The notes below the pieces were generated by a model. That model was not told the origin of the DNA, searched no databases, and was given only the letters and a program-made list of their open reading frames with translations. From Sulfolobales archaeon (GTDB lineage Archaea > Thermoproteota > Thermoprotei_A > Sulfolobales > AG1), in assembly GCA_038867615.1 (NCBI GenBank), contig JAWBYA010000002.1, positions 288,001 to 352,000 of the forward strand: DNA of 64,000 nucleotides, given 5' to 3'. Shown one piece after another: positions 49,157 to 59,383 of this stretch; the first letter of the stretch is position 1, and the number at the start of each line of letters is the position of its first letter. Both the position numbers and the translations under genes were made by a program.

Positions 49157-51895
49157 ATGGTTAAACTTGGAGAGCCGTCTGAGTATAGGCTTAGGTATTT
49201 TATAGACAGTGGATTTAGACGAGCCATATGTAGATCCTGTAATACGCCTTTCTGGAGCAGAGGGTCTCATGAAACCTGTAACGACACACCATGTAGTGAA
49301 TACAGGTTCTTCGACATAGATCTCAAACTAACCGGGCTTAGCTATGAGAAAGCACTCGAAACATTCCTCAAATTTTTTGAGAAGGAAGGTCACAGGGTTA
49401 TAGAGCCTGCACCTGTTGTTGCGAGGTGGAGAGAGGATCTGTATCTCACCATAGCATCTATAGTAGTGTTTCAACCCCATGTAACATCTGGAAAAGTACC
49501 TCCACCAGCCAATCCCCTGGTTATAGCCCAGCCGTGTATAAGGCTTGAGGATATAGATAACGTTGGCAGAACCTTTGGAAGGCATATGACTAACTTCACC
49601 ATGGGGGGCCACCACGCATTTAACTATAAGGATAAGCATCTCTACTGGAAAGACGAGACTGTAGAATATGCAAGGAGATTCTTTGTAGACCTAATGGGCG
49701 TACCAGACGAGGAGCTCACATTCAAGGAGAGCTGGTGGGAGGGTGGAGGCAACGCAGGGCCAAGCCTAGAGGTAACGGTGGGAGGGCTCGAGGTTGCTAC
49801 ACTGGTATTCATGCAGTACGAGGTGAGGGAAGACGGAACCCTGGTGGAGCTCCCCCTAAAGATAGTTGATACCGGCTACGGTATCGAGAGGATCGCGTGG
49901 CTCTCTCAAAAATCACCAACAGCCTTCCATGCTGTCTATGGAAGAGATCTTGTCTCTGAGTTTCACCGAATACTCGGTATCCCAGAGGCCAGAGGGGATC
50001 TCCTGATCCTAGCTTCTAGGAAAGCTGGTAGGATAGACCCCGACGACCCCTCATCGATCAAGCGCCTATTTTCCGAAATAGCCAGAGAGACTGGGTATAG
50101 TGAGAAAACAGTTGAAGAGGAGCTGGGCGGAGCTATCAATGTCTATTCCGTGATAGACCATACCAAAACGATCGCATTGATGCTAAGCGACGGGATAGTG
50201 CCATCCAACAGTGGTGAGGGTTACCTTGCAAGACTTGTTGCGAGAAGAACTATGAGGACGCTTAGAAGGCTTGGGATCGATGTGTCCTTAGCAAAGCTAG
50301 TGGATCTCCAGGTAAGAAGATGGGGAGATCTATACCCCAGGCTAAGAAGATCCAGATCGTATGTCTTAGAAGCCACAGAACTAGAGGAAGAAAGGTTCAG
50401 GGATATTATTAGGAAAGCGCCAGCCATTATTGCTAGATACCAGAGAGGAGGTCTCTCCACCGAAGACCTGGTAGAGATCTATGACAGCCACGGAGTGCCT
50501 CCCGAGATAATAGAGGAAGAGATGAGGAGCAGAGGAGTAGAGATCTCATTGCCGCATAACTTCTACTCAATAGTAGCCTCAAGACATATGAGAGCACCTG
50601 TTAAAAAGAAAGAGGAGATCGAAAAAGAGATTGCTGAGTGGGCATCAAGATTCAACCCAACCAGAAGACTCTTCCACGAAGACCCATATATGAAGAGCTT
50701 CTCAGCAGAGATTCATGGGATCAGAGGGGATCTTGTGATCCTCGACGCAACCTGCTTCTACCCAACAGGAGGAGGACAGAGAAACGATACAGGGCTCTTA
50801 GTCATAGGAGATCTCAGGGTACGTGTTACAGATGTATTCAAAATAGGTGATGTAGTCATACATAGGGTCGATAGAAAGCTACCAGAAGATCTTGTCGGCT
50901 CTAATGCTGAAGGGATTATTGACTGGGAGAGAAGATACAGGATAATGAGACACCACACAGCAACACACGCGCTACTAGGAGCCCTCAGAAAGATCTATGG
51001 GGATCATGTGTGGCAAGCAGGAGCCGAGAAGACGGAGGAGAAGGGCAGGCTTGACATAACCCATCATCTATCCATAGGAAGGGATGATGTAAAGAAGATA
51101 GAAGCTGCTGTCAACAAGATCATCGATGAAAGGAGACCTGTGAGAGTCAAGTATATGGATAGATATGAGGCTGAGAATAAGTATGGGTACTCGATATACC
51201 AAGGAGGAGTCCCCCAAGAGAAGATCCTCAGGATAGTTGAGATCGATGACTGGGATGCTGAAGCATGCTTTGGAACCCATCTAGCCAACACAGGTGAAAT
51301 AGGGGGTTTCAAGATAGTTAATGTCGAGAGAATCGCCGACGGTGTGCTTAGGTTCGAATACGTAGCTGGCACCAGATCTGCTGAGCAGATGTCCCTATAC
51401 GAGGATATACTGGATAGAATATCTAGAATAACCGGCGGGGGTGTTCGCGACGATCTAGTGAGGAGGGTTGAGGCTCTCAACACACAGCTAGAGAAGGCTA
51501 AGGGTACTCTCTCAGCATATAGAACTGAGTGGATTAGGAGCAAGATAGCGGAGGCTAGAAGTGCTGCTGAGAACATAGGTATGGCGAAGCTATATGTCAT
51601 AACAAACCCACCAGAGGTCGAGGGTGGAAGAGAGATCCTGAAGATCCTGAGCCAGGATGAGGGTTACATAGCCCTTATGATAGTACAGTCGGGCGATGAA
51701 AGCAACATAGAGGTCTCTGTATCAAGGGATATATTGGGTAAAATTGCTGCCAACAGTCTTGTAGATAGGATCTCGAGGATCCTTGGTGGTAGGGGAGGGG
51801 GCAGCAGCTCCCATGCTACTGGGAGGATCAGGGCTGATGCCGATACAATACTAAGGGTTCTTAGAAATGTCGCTAGAGAAATGCAGCAATCTTGA
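49157..51895 (+). CDS. alaS: Alanine-tRNA ligase (archaeal type)
   Basis: LTIASIVVFQP, QPCIR, GRH.T.F.M, DTGYG.ER, editing HHTATH and EACFGTH, C-terminal GGRGGG. Confidence 0.98.
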   Translation: MVKLGEPSEYRLRYFIDSGFRRAICRSCNTPFWSRGSHETCNDTPCSEYRFFDIDLKLTGLSYEKALETFLKFFEKEGHRVIEPAPVVARWREDLYLTIASIVVFQPHVTSGKVPPPANPLVIAQPCIRLEDIDNVGRTFGRHMTNFTMGGHHAFNYKDKHLYWKDETVEYARRFFVDLMGVPDEELTFKESWWEGGGNAGPSLEVTVGGLEVATLVFMQYEVREDGTLVELPLKIVDTGYGIERIAWLSQKSPTAFHAVYGRDLVSEFHRILGIPEARGDLLILASRKAGRIDPDDPSSIKRLFSEIARETGYSEKTVEEELGGAINVYSVIDHTKTIALMLSDGIVPSNSGEGYLARLVARRTMRTLRRLGIDVSLAKLVDLQVRRWGDLYPRLRRSRSYVLEATELEEERFRDIIRKAPAIIARYQRGGLSTEDLVEIYDSHGVPPEIIEEEMRSRGVEISLPHNFYSIVASRHMRAPVKKKEEIEKEIAEWASRFNPTRRLFHEDPYMKSFSAEIHGIRGDLVILDATCFYPTGGGQRNDTGLLVIGDLRVRVTDVFKIGDVVIHRVDRKLPEDLVGSNAEGIIDWERRYRIMRHHTATHALLGALRKIYGDHVWQAGAEKTEEKGRLDITHHLSIGRDDVKKIEAAVNKIIDERRPVRVKYMDRYEAENKYGYSIYQGGVPQEKILRIVEIDDWDAEACFGTHLANTGEIGGFKIVNVERIADGVLRFEYVAGTRSAEQMSLYEDILDRISRITGGGVRDDLVRRVEALNTQLEKAKGTLSAYRTEWIRSKIAEARSAAENIGMAKLYVITNPPEVEGGREILKILSQDEGYIALMIVQSGDESNIEVSVSRDILGKIAANSLVDRISRILGGRGGGSSSHATGRIRADADTILRVLRNVAREMQQS

Positions 51896-52589
51896 CCATA
51901 GAGTGCTCGAGGCTGCCAGAGATTATAGATACCTATTAGACAGAGGATATCCTAGAAAACCCTCGCTGGATCTTGTGGTATCTAGATATATTCTCAGTAG
52001 GGTTGAGAGATCGCTTCTCCTAAGATGTGTCCATGATAGTGCGTACTCATTAAAGATCCTCAGGAGCTCTATCTCAAGCAATGAGATCCGTGGAATCCCC
52101 CTCATAATAGATCTTCTCAACGTGTGCACAACAATAATAGCATTCCTAGAGGGCGAATGCCTATACCTATGCGACGATGGCTTCGTGAGGGATCTCGGAG
52201 GCTCTAGATATTGGAGGGGGAAGAAGGGGAGGGTTGCAGAGGCCCTGAGACTCATTACGGATCATTTAACGTTGCTTATGCCTAGAAAGATATATCTAGT
52301 TATAGATAGAAAAGCTCCAATGAGTCTCAGCATACTCGCACATGCGGAAGATATGATGAAGAAAACACTCTCAGCAGATGTGAACGGTGTAGTTGATAAT
52401 AAGGCCGACAGGAGGATCATAGATCTCGAGAGATCCGTGGTTAGCGAAGGAGGAGCTGTGGCGACAAGCGATGCAGTGATCCTTGAAAGAGTTAGCCGGG
52501 CATACGATCTCGCTGGGAAGATAGTGACCGACAAGGATCAGCCTAGAGTCAACAGATCCATATATGATCTTTTTCACCGCAACCCATAA
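51867..52589 (+). CDS. DUF434-like PIN-fold protein
   Basis: AARDYRYLLDRGY, IID..N, DDGFVRD, VATSDAVI. Confidence 0.8.
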   Translation: MSLEKCSNLDHRVLEAARDYRYLLDRGYPRKPSLDLVVSRYILSRVERSLLLRCVHDSAYSLKILRSSISSNEIRGIPLIIDLLNVCTTIIAFLEGECLYLCDDGFVRDLGGSRYWRGKKGRVAEALRLITDHLTLLMPRKIYLVIDRKAPMSLSILAHAEDMMKKTLSADVNGVVDNKADRRIIDLERSVVSEGGAVATSDAVILERVSRAYDLAGKIVTDKDQPRVNRSIYDLFHRNP

Positions 52590-52729
52590 ACCTAGACATA
52601 TCCTCTTTAACAGAGACCAAGAGCCGCTGGGAGACGGTGTAGGGAAGGGGGAGCATCGCCAGCCTTCTAGACCCGTGATCTATCGCTTATAAGCCGGAGA
52701 GGAGAGATATTAAGAGGTGTAGCAGTAGG

Positions 52730-53503
52730 ATGGCAGTATTTTACGGGTTTAAGACGGATTTCGATGAATATGAGAGACAGGCTCTCAGAGAAGCCCTAAG
52801 CGATATGAAAGGAACAGTCACACTCATGCTATTCCTAAGCGATAGATGTGATTTTTGTAAACAGACAAGGCAGATGCTCGAGACAATAAGAGACGAGGCG
52901 CCGGAGGTTGGTGGAAAGAAACTAATCGATCTCAAGATCTATGAGGAGGAGGTTGATACCGATGAGGTAAAGAAATACAATGTGAATAGATATCCAACCA
53001 TACTGCTTCTAGATGGTGCTATAAGGTACTATGGGATCCCTGCTGGAGAGGAGATCAGGGCATTCGTCGAGACCGTGATAAGGATAAGCCAGGGTGAGAG
53101 CGGACTTAGTAGAGAAACGATAGAGGGGATAAAGAAGATCCCTGGAGACGTTGTGATCGAAACAATCGTGACGCCATCATGCCCCTACTGCCCATACGCA
53201 GTTCTCATGGCCAACATGTTTGCATTCGAATCGTATAGAGCTGGTCTTAATAACGTTGTGTCAATAGTTGTTGAGGCCTATGAGAACATGGATATAGCGC
53301 AGAGATATGCCGTGAGCTCGGTTCCCTCTATGGCCATTAATGGTAGAGTTGAATTTATAGGCGTCCCGTACGAGGATCAATTGCTAGAGGTTCTTATCAG
53401 AAGGGCTAGGCCTAGGCAGAAGATCAAAAGCGATGCAAAGCTAAAGGATATTATAAGGGACGTCATAAAAGAGATCGATAAGGAAGAAGAGAAGAGAAGC
53501 TAG
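52730..53503 (+). CDS. Protein disulfide oxidoreductase (PDO, two thioredoxin folds)
   Basis: CDFC and CPYC motifs, GIPAGEE, SSVP. Confidence 0.92.
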   Translation: MAVFYGFKTDFDEYERQALREALSDMKGTVTLMLFLSDRCDFCKQTRQMLETIRDEAPEVGGKKLIDLKIYEEEVDTDEVKKYNVNRYPTILLLDGAIRYYGIPAGEEIRAFVETVIRISQGESGLSRETIEGIKKIPGDVVIETIVTPSCPYCPYAVLMANMFAFESYRAGLNNVVSIVVEAYENMDIAQRYAVSSVPSMAINGRVEFIGVPYEDQLLEVLIRRARPRQKIKSDAKLKDIIRDVIKEIDKEEEKRS

Positions 53504-53525
53504 CTATTATTATTGTTTTGTTTTA

Positions 53526-54770
53526 TTATATAGATGATTTAACAACCCCACCATACTCCACGTCTTTAGAGACAACAACCCCTGGATATATTATTGCGTA
53601 GGCACCAATCTTAACCCCGGGCAGTATTGATGAATTCACACCTGTCTTCACATAACCCCCTATAAACGCTCCCAGCTTAACCCTCCCGCTACTTATCCTA
53701 GAACCCTTAACCCATACTTTAACAGGCTGCTCGTCGAATCTAAAGTTGGCTATTATCGTGCCAGCACCTAGGTTGACTTTCTCACATATAACAGAATCCC
53801 CCACATAGCTCAGATGGGGTATTTTAGCGCCTTCGAATACAACGCTAGCCTTAACCTCTACAGAGAAACCCACCACAGCGTTTTTACCAATATAGGTGAA
53901 CGGCCTGATATAGGCGTTGGGACCCACTTGGGCTCCTTCGTCTATATATACAGGGCCCTCTATGTAGGTGTGCCCCTTTACCCTTGCTCCCCTACCTATG
54001 TAGACAGGACCTTTTATAGTAACGCTACCCTCAACTTCTCCTAGGACTGTTCTCTCGGGTGTTTTCTCTATAACCCTCTTGTTAGCCTCTAAAACATCCC
54101 AGGGTCTCCCTATATCCATCCATTCACTGCTATCTATGCTTATCACTCTCAAGCCTCTGCCCTCTCTATGGAGTATCTCGACCAGATCTGTCAGCTCTAT
54201 CTCGCCTCTCGGCGATTCTTGGATTTTCTCAACATGTCTAACCATATCAGGGCTTAGCACATAGATACCAGCGTTGATAAGAGTCTCACCTTTTACTTCA
54301 GAGGGGTCTGGTTTCTCGATTACCCTCACCGCTTCTCCGGATCTCTCAACTATAACACCGTAGTTCCAGGGTTCTCTATGGCGAACACCAACTATTAGTG
54401 GGGCTCTTAAGCTTACCACCTTCTTTATAACGCTATCGTCTATCAATAGATCTCCATAGACTACAAGGCTCTCTTCAGAGATACTGCTTGAGGCTGTTAG
54501 AAGAGCATCACCGCTCCCCTTCTCCTCTTTCTGCCTTACAGTCTCAACCTCTACCCCCAGTCTATCGGCTACCTCTCCCACATGCTTTGATAGAAGATCT
54601 GACATATAGCCTGTGACAACAACAAACCTCCTAATCCCCTCCCTATAACCAGCCTCGATAAGTCTTTCCACGATAGTCTTGCCAGCAACAATGATCATCG
54701 GCTTGGGTCTTGTATCTGTTATTGGCTTAAGTCTTTCACCCTTCCCCCCAGCTAGTATGACCATCTGCAT
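53526..54770 (-). CDS. Bifunctional sugar-1-phosphate nucleotidylyltransferase/acetyltransferase (archaeal GlmU-like)
   Basis: ILAGGKGERLKP..PKP, EKP, INAGIY, left-handed beta-helix, HLSYVGDS, GAGT. Confidence 0.9.
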   Translation of the reverse strand: MQMVILAGGKGERLKPITDTRPKPMIIVAGKTIVERLIEAGYREGIRRFVVVTGYMSDLLSKHVGEVADRLGVEVETVRQKEEKGSGDALLTASSSISEESLVVYGDLLIDDSVIKKVVSLRAPLIVGVRHREPWNYGVIVERSGEAVRVIEKPDPSEVKGETLINAGIYVLSPDMVRHVEKIQESPRGEIELTDLVEILHREGRGLRVISIDSSEWMDIGRPWDVLEANKRVIEKTPERTVLGEVEGSVTIKGPVYIGRGARVKGHTYIEGPVYIDEGAQVGPNAYIRPFTYIGKNAVVGFSVEVKASVVFEGAKIPHLSYVGDSVICEKVNLGAGTIIANFRFDEQPVKVWVKGSRISSGRVKLGAFIGGYVKTGVNSSILPGVKIGAYAIIYPGVVVSKDVEYGGVVKSSI

Positions 54771-54771
54771 G

Positions 54772-57267
54772 CTATACACCGGCCCCTTTTGCCTCGTACC
54801 TCTCTATCCTCTCAATAATCCTCTTGCTCTCCTCCCTTAGCTTCTCAACCTCTTCTCTTAGCTGTTTATACTCTGTACCCTTCTCCATATGATCTCTTAT
54901 CTTTTTCACAGCCTCTCTAGCCCTTCTCCTAACAAAACCCACAGGATCTTTTTCCGCAGCCTCCCCAAGCACTTCTAGGAACTCTGGGTTCTTTAGCTCC
55001 TCCATAGATGATATGGCTGCTATCCTAACCCTATGGCTCGGATCTGTTCTAAGGATCTCCATGAGCTTCTCAACAACCTCCCTCCTCCCCGGGAACTTCC
55101 CGAGAGATGATGCTGCTGCTACCCTAACCATTGTGTGTTTATCACGCTCAAGGTATCTCAGGATCACTTTGAGACTATCATCCCCACCAATATTGCCAAG
55201 TCCTTGAAGAACACCTCTTGTAATGATCTCTGCGTGGCTCGGCGTATCTAGGTATTTCACTAGCTCGTTGAACGCCCAGCCGATCCTAGTCTTACCGAGG
55301 GATAATGCCGCCGAAGCCCTAACATAGTATGTCTCGTTAGGATTGCTCAAGATCCCTAGAAGTGTTTTCGCAACCTCCTCATCACCTCTAAAGCTGCCCA
55401 GGGCTTCCACAATAGCTCTCCTGGATCTCGGGTTATCGATCTTCTTCAGAGCATCGATCAATGCTTTCTTCGCATCCTCCCCACCCACTTTTCCAAGAGC
55501 CCTAGCTATCTCTGCCTGAACACCCCAGAAGCTCTCCCTCTCAAGGGCTTTGGCAAGGATCTCGACTACCCTCGAGCCTGTCTTTTTCGATAGCCCCTCT
55601 ATTGCTAGCAATTTGCAGAAGACATGGGGATCTTCTAACATGTTCCCAAGGATCTCCACATCTTCTTCAACCTCGTAGACAGCGAATGCGTCGAAATCAG
55701 GGTTGGGGCATATATATTTGGGAGGCTCCTCCGCCTCTAAGAAGATCGTTCTCTCCCTCTCCTCAAGCATCATTTTTCTCTCAATAACACTGTTGGGGAA
55801 TCTTATCAGCAGTCTTAGGGGTATCCTGTAGATTTCAAGGCTATCCTGGCTCTGAACCTGTTTTATAGAGATCTTGAGAACCCTATCCCTAGGCTCATAC
55901 TCTGTCTTCACACTTATGACCGGGTGTCCGGAGCTATAGACATATTGGTCGAAAAACCACTCGAGATCCTTTCCACTTACCTCCTCAAAAACCTTTCTAA
56001 GATCCTCTGTATCTGTATTCCCAAAACCATATCTAGAGAGATAGCTCTTCAAAGCCTCCCTAAACTTAGATTCACCAACGATATTCCTCAGCGTGTGTAG
56101 AACCAGGGCTCCCTTTGGATATGAGTGTGAATCGAAGAGCTCGTCTGGATCTCTATATATCCTCATAACTATAGGTCTAGAATACCTCCTGCTATACTCC
56201 TCGAGATATGATTTCAGATCACCATAAAGCTCATATATAAATTCATCCTCACCCTTATCCTTCCTCGTATAAAGGGCCTCGAGATATGTTGCAAAGCTCT
56301 CGTTAAGCCATATATTGCTCCAATCCTTACACGTGACAAGATCCCCGAACCACTGGTGGACTAGCTCGTGGGCAACCAGAGGATCTGATGAGAACTCCTT
56401 ATGGGCTATGTCATCGTGGAGTGTTAAGTCCGTTAGAAAGGTTGCTGTCACGTTCTCCATACCGCCTACTATGAACTCTTTAACACACACCTGTGTATAG
56501 GATCTATATGGGTACCTAACCCCCAGGTATTCGTTGAAGAATCTAATCATATCGGGGGTTTTTGAGAAGGAGTTCTTAATAAACCCACCCATTCCTTTGG
56601 GAACGAGGTATCGGAGCCTTATACCATCGACAACCTCTTCAGCCTCGTCGAAAACACCTACCGCTAGTGCTATTAAGTAGGAGGGCATCGGATGATCCAT
56701 CCTATATCTCCATCTCTTATAACCATCACCGATATCCTCAACGGACAAGAGATCCCCGTTACTCACAACACTATAGATGCTTGGAACCTCGGCCGTAAGG
56801 GTCCAGGTTAGCCTCATGTTGGGATAGTCATATATAGGGATCCAGTATCTAGTATCCTCAGCCTCACCCTGGCTCCACATCTGTGGGTAATCGTCGTTAC
56901 TCTTAGGCAGTACAAAATGGAGCCCCTTGATCGGTTTTGATTCATATAGGATCTCCACCTGGAAATTGTTCCCAGAACCCCTCGGGATCATTATAGTTAA
57001 CTTTGAACCATCATAGCTGTACTTAGCCTCGGATCCATTGATCCTAACAGCCTTCAGTGACATGTCAACAGCATCCAGCTCTATATAGCCCCTATCATCG
57101 ATCACCTCTATATCGTGGACAACCCTACCCCTAATGCTTCTGGAAATAACATCAGTTCTTATATATATATCGGCATGTCTTATCCTAAACCAATACTCCC
57201 TAGCATACCTAGCCCTATACCCAGGGAAAATGAAATCCCTTCCAGTCTTGAGGGGCAGCCCCTTCAA
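54772..57267 (-). CDS. M1 family aminopeptidase with C-terminal HEAT repeats
   Basis: GGMEN, HELVHQWFG..WLNESFA, YPKG, HEAT-like repeats, coiled-coil tail. Confidence 0.93.
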   Translation of the reverse strand: MKGLPLKTGRDFIFPGYRARYAREYWFRIRHADIYIRTDVISRSIRGRVVHDIEVIDDRGYIELDAVDMSLKAVRINGSEAKYSYDGSKLTIMIPRGSGNNFQVEILYESKPIKGLHFVLPKSNDDYPQMWSQGEAEDTRYWIPIYDYPNMRLTWTLTAEVPSIYSVVSNGDLLSVEDIGDGYKRWRYRMDHPMPSYLIALAVGVFDEAEEVVDGIRLRYLVPKGMGGFIKNSFSKTPDMIRFFNEYLGVRYPYRSYTQVCVKEFIVGGMENVTATFLTDLTLHDDIAHKEFSSDPLVAHELVHQWFGDLVTCKDWSNIWLNESFATYLEALYTRKDKGEDEFIYELYGDLKSYLEEYSRRYSRPIVMRIYRDPDELFDSHSYPKGALVLHTLRNIVGESKFREALKSYLSRYGFGNTDTEDLRKVFEEVSGKDLEWFFDQYVYSSGHPVISVKTEYEPRDRVLKISIKQVQSQDSLEIYRIPLRLLIRFPNSVIERKMMLEERERTIFLEAEEPPKYICPNPDFDAFAVYEVEEDVEILGNMLEDPHVFCKLLAIEGLSKKTGSRVVEILAKALERESFWGVQAEIARALGKVGGEDAKKALIDALKKIDNPRSRRAIVEALGSFRGDEEVAKTLLGILSNPNETYYVRASAALSLGKTRIGWAFNELVKYLDTPSHAEIITRGVLQGLGNIGGDDSLKVILRYLERDKHTMVRVAAASSLGKFPGRREVVEKLMEILRTDPSHRVRIAAISSMEELKNPEFLEVLGEAAEKDPVGFVRRRAREAVKKIRDHMEKGTEYKQLREEVEKLREESKRIIERIERYEAKGAGV

Positions 57268-57381
57268 TATCTCCCCCCATGATATCCTATCAGCTTTTTT
57301 ATCATTTTATTCAGATACTGGGGAAAAGAATATCCCAGCCTGCTTTTAATAGGAGACCCGTCTTATTAGATCTGGTTAGCA

Positions 57382-58290
57382 ATGGTGAAGAGACCTGGCG
57401 GTAGGGCCTTAACACTAGCAATCCTCTCTATAGTAGCATTGATCTCGATATCCTCTGCATCTATATTGATAAAAGCCACTACATCTCCTCCTAGCATCGT
57501 TTCTTTCTGGCGGTTATTCATATCAGTGTTAATACTGCTTCTCTACTCGATCATTACCAACAGACTTGGTCTTATAGCTAGATCTATGGAGAGGAACCTA
57601 CTCCTCACAGTCCTATCAGGATTCTTTCTAGCAATTCATTTCTACTCATGGATATGGAGTCTCAGACTACTCCCGGTTATTGTGAGCACAACGCTTGTCG
57701 ATCTCCACCCAGTATTTACTGGGATATTATCACACGCTATCCTTAAAGAGAGGCTGGAGAAGAAGCAGTGGGTATTGATAATAATATCCCTTTCAGGGGG
57801 CTTGTTAGCATCGTATAGAGAGCCTAGCTCTCTTGCTGGCGAGTGGGTGCTAGGCTCGATCCTGTCTATAATAGGCGCCCTAGCAGCCTCTGGGTATTTC
57901 GTGATAGGAAGGATTGTTAGGAAAAGCGCTGGTCTCTATGAATACGTGATCCCTACCTACTTATGGTCCTCAGTATTCCTAGCAGTAATATCTATTCTAG
58001 AGGGTCGCTATAATCTCCTCACCACTGATCCTAGGGAGTTCGCGCTATTCATAGCGATCGCGATAGGCCCTATGATAGGCGGGCATACAGTGCTTAACTA
58101 TATGCTTAGATATGTGGAAGCGCCTATAGTATCCACCATAGCTGTTCTAGAACCTGTTGGTGCCGGGATCCTTGCATACATATTCCTAGGAGAGCTAGTA
58201 GAGCCCATAAATATCCTCGGAATATCGCTAGCAGTATCCGGCATAGTGATCCTTGGGATCACCTTGCTGAACAGATCCCAACAAGCTTGA
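57382..58290 (+). CDS. DMT/EamA family transporter
   Basis: About 10 TM helices, FWR, FLAIHF..W, GHT..N, LEPVGA. Confidence 0.88.
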   Translation: MVKRPGGRALTLAILSIVALISISSASILIKATTSPPSIVSFWRLFISVLILLLYSIITNRLGLIARSMERNLLLTVLSGFFLAIHFYSWIWSLRLLPVIVSTTLVDLHPVFTGILSHAILKERLEKKQWVLIIISLSGGLLASYREPSSLAGEWVLGSILSIIGALAASGYFVIGRIVRKSAGLYEYVIPTYLWSSVFLAVISILEGRYNLLTTDPREFALFIAIAIGPMIGGHTVLNYMLRYVEAPIVSTIAVLEPVGAGILAYIFLGELVEPINILGISLAVSGIVILGITLLNRSQQA

Positions 58291-58296
58291 GAGATC

Positions 58297-59031
58297 TTGA
58301 AAAGCAATATAAAATCCTCTATAGCGAACCATACTGGGAGAGATAGAGTGTCCAGCGATATTTTTAAGAGCAAGGGATCTGGGATCAAACGTTTAGCAGC
58401 AATCGGGGTAGTGTTATTCGTAGTATCAGCAATAATAGGCTCGCTCTCACCAGAAGAGGTCAAAAAAACACTCTACGGATCTCTTAGTGAGAAGGTTAGG
58501 GAGATAGAACAGGCCATCTCAGGCTCTGGCGTTTATGGGTTACTCCTACTACCCCTCATTATTTTCGGCAATAACCTTATGGTGTCTTTGATAATGCTCG
58601 CACTATTCCCAACAATAGCTGGTCCATGGCTCTTCATAGCTTTTCAAGGTTTTGCAACCGGAGCGATCATAGGTTACACGGGAATTGACGAGAGTATCGA
58701 ACAGGCTTTATCAACGATCTCTAGCTGCACGCTCAGCCCCTCTGATATATCTATACTCAAAGCAGCCCTACTAATACCCCACGGGATCTTCGAGATACCT
58801 GGGATAAGCGTGTTCATGGCAACATCTGCTAGGCTCTCATTCACATTGATCGACTATGTGTCGTGGAAAAAGGGGAAGAGAGCCGAGAAGCCCATCTTTA
58901 CCCAGACGCTTAGAAGCCTCTTACCAGCAATACTCATTGGCGCCGCCCTCTTGCTAGTAGCCGCCTTTGTTGAATCATTCATAACCCCCCTAGTAGGTTT
59001 TATAACAGCTATCGCATTGTGTTCTAAATAG
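58297..59031 (+). CDS. SpoIIM-like (DUF95) membrane protein
   Basis: IIFGNN, LIPHGIFEIP, LLVAAFVESFITP. Confidence 0.85.
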   Translation: MKSNIKSSIANHTGRDRVSSDIFKSKGSGIKRLAAIGVVLFVVSAIIGSLSPEEVKKTLYGSLSEKVREIEQAISGSGVYGLLLLPLIIFGNNLMVSLIMLALFPTIAGPWLFIAFQGFATGAIIGYTGIDESIEQALSTISSCTLSPSDISILKAALLIPHGIFEIPGISVFMATSARLSFTLIDYVSWKKGKRAEKPIFTQTLRSLLPAILIGAALLLVAAFVESFITPLVGFITAIALCSK

Positions 59032-59244
59032 CTAGAGCTCTATACCAGCCTTTTTGGAGAAATTATTAATAGTTATTGATACTAGCCTCCCACCCTTGAT
59101 CCTCACAACTATATCTTCCCCAACCAATAGTGCCTCGTCTATATCCTCAACATCATCTCCAAAGTTTATGTAAAGTATATCGCTCGACCTATCATACTCC
59201 AGCCACATATCTTCCAGATCCGACACTATGAACTCCCTACCCAC
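59032..59244 (-). CDS. DUF2283-like small protein
   Basis: EYDRSSDILYI..., DIVVRI..GRLVSITI pattern. Confidence 0.75.
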   Translation of the reverse strand: MGREFIVSDLEDMWLEYDRSSDILYINFGDDVEDIDEALLVGEDIVVRIKGGRLVSITINNFSKKAGIEL

Positions 59245-59383
59245 CTATAGCACCGACTAACCACCCACTACACAGCTAATATTGCGAACAGCTTACAATG
59301 ATCGCTTGGCATTACCAGCTAGACCGTGCTAGGCGCTTAATAAGCATAAATAGCAAGCGGCTTAATATTACCGGTGGCGATGC

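Noticed and set aside
52671-52680. CCCGTGAT match to the start of the putative guide of copy A
   Set aside because: An 8-nt match is expected by chance in 64 kb.
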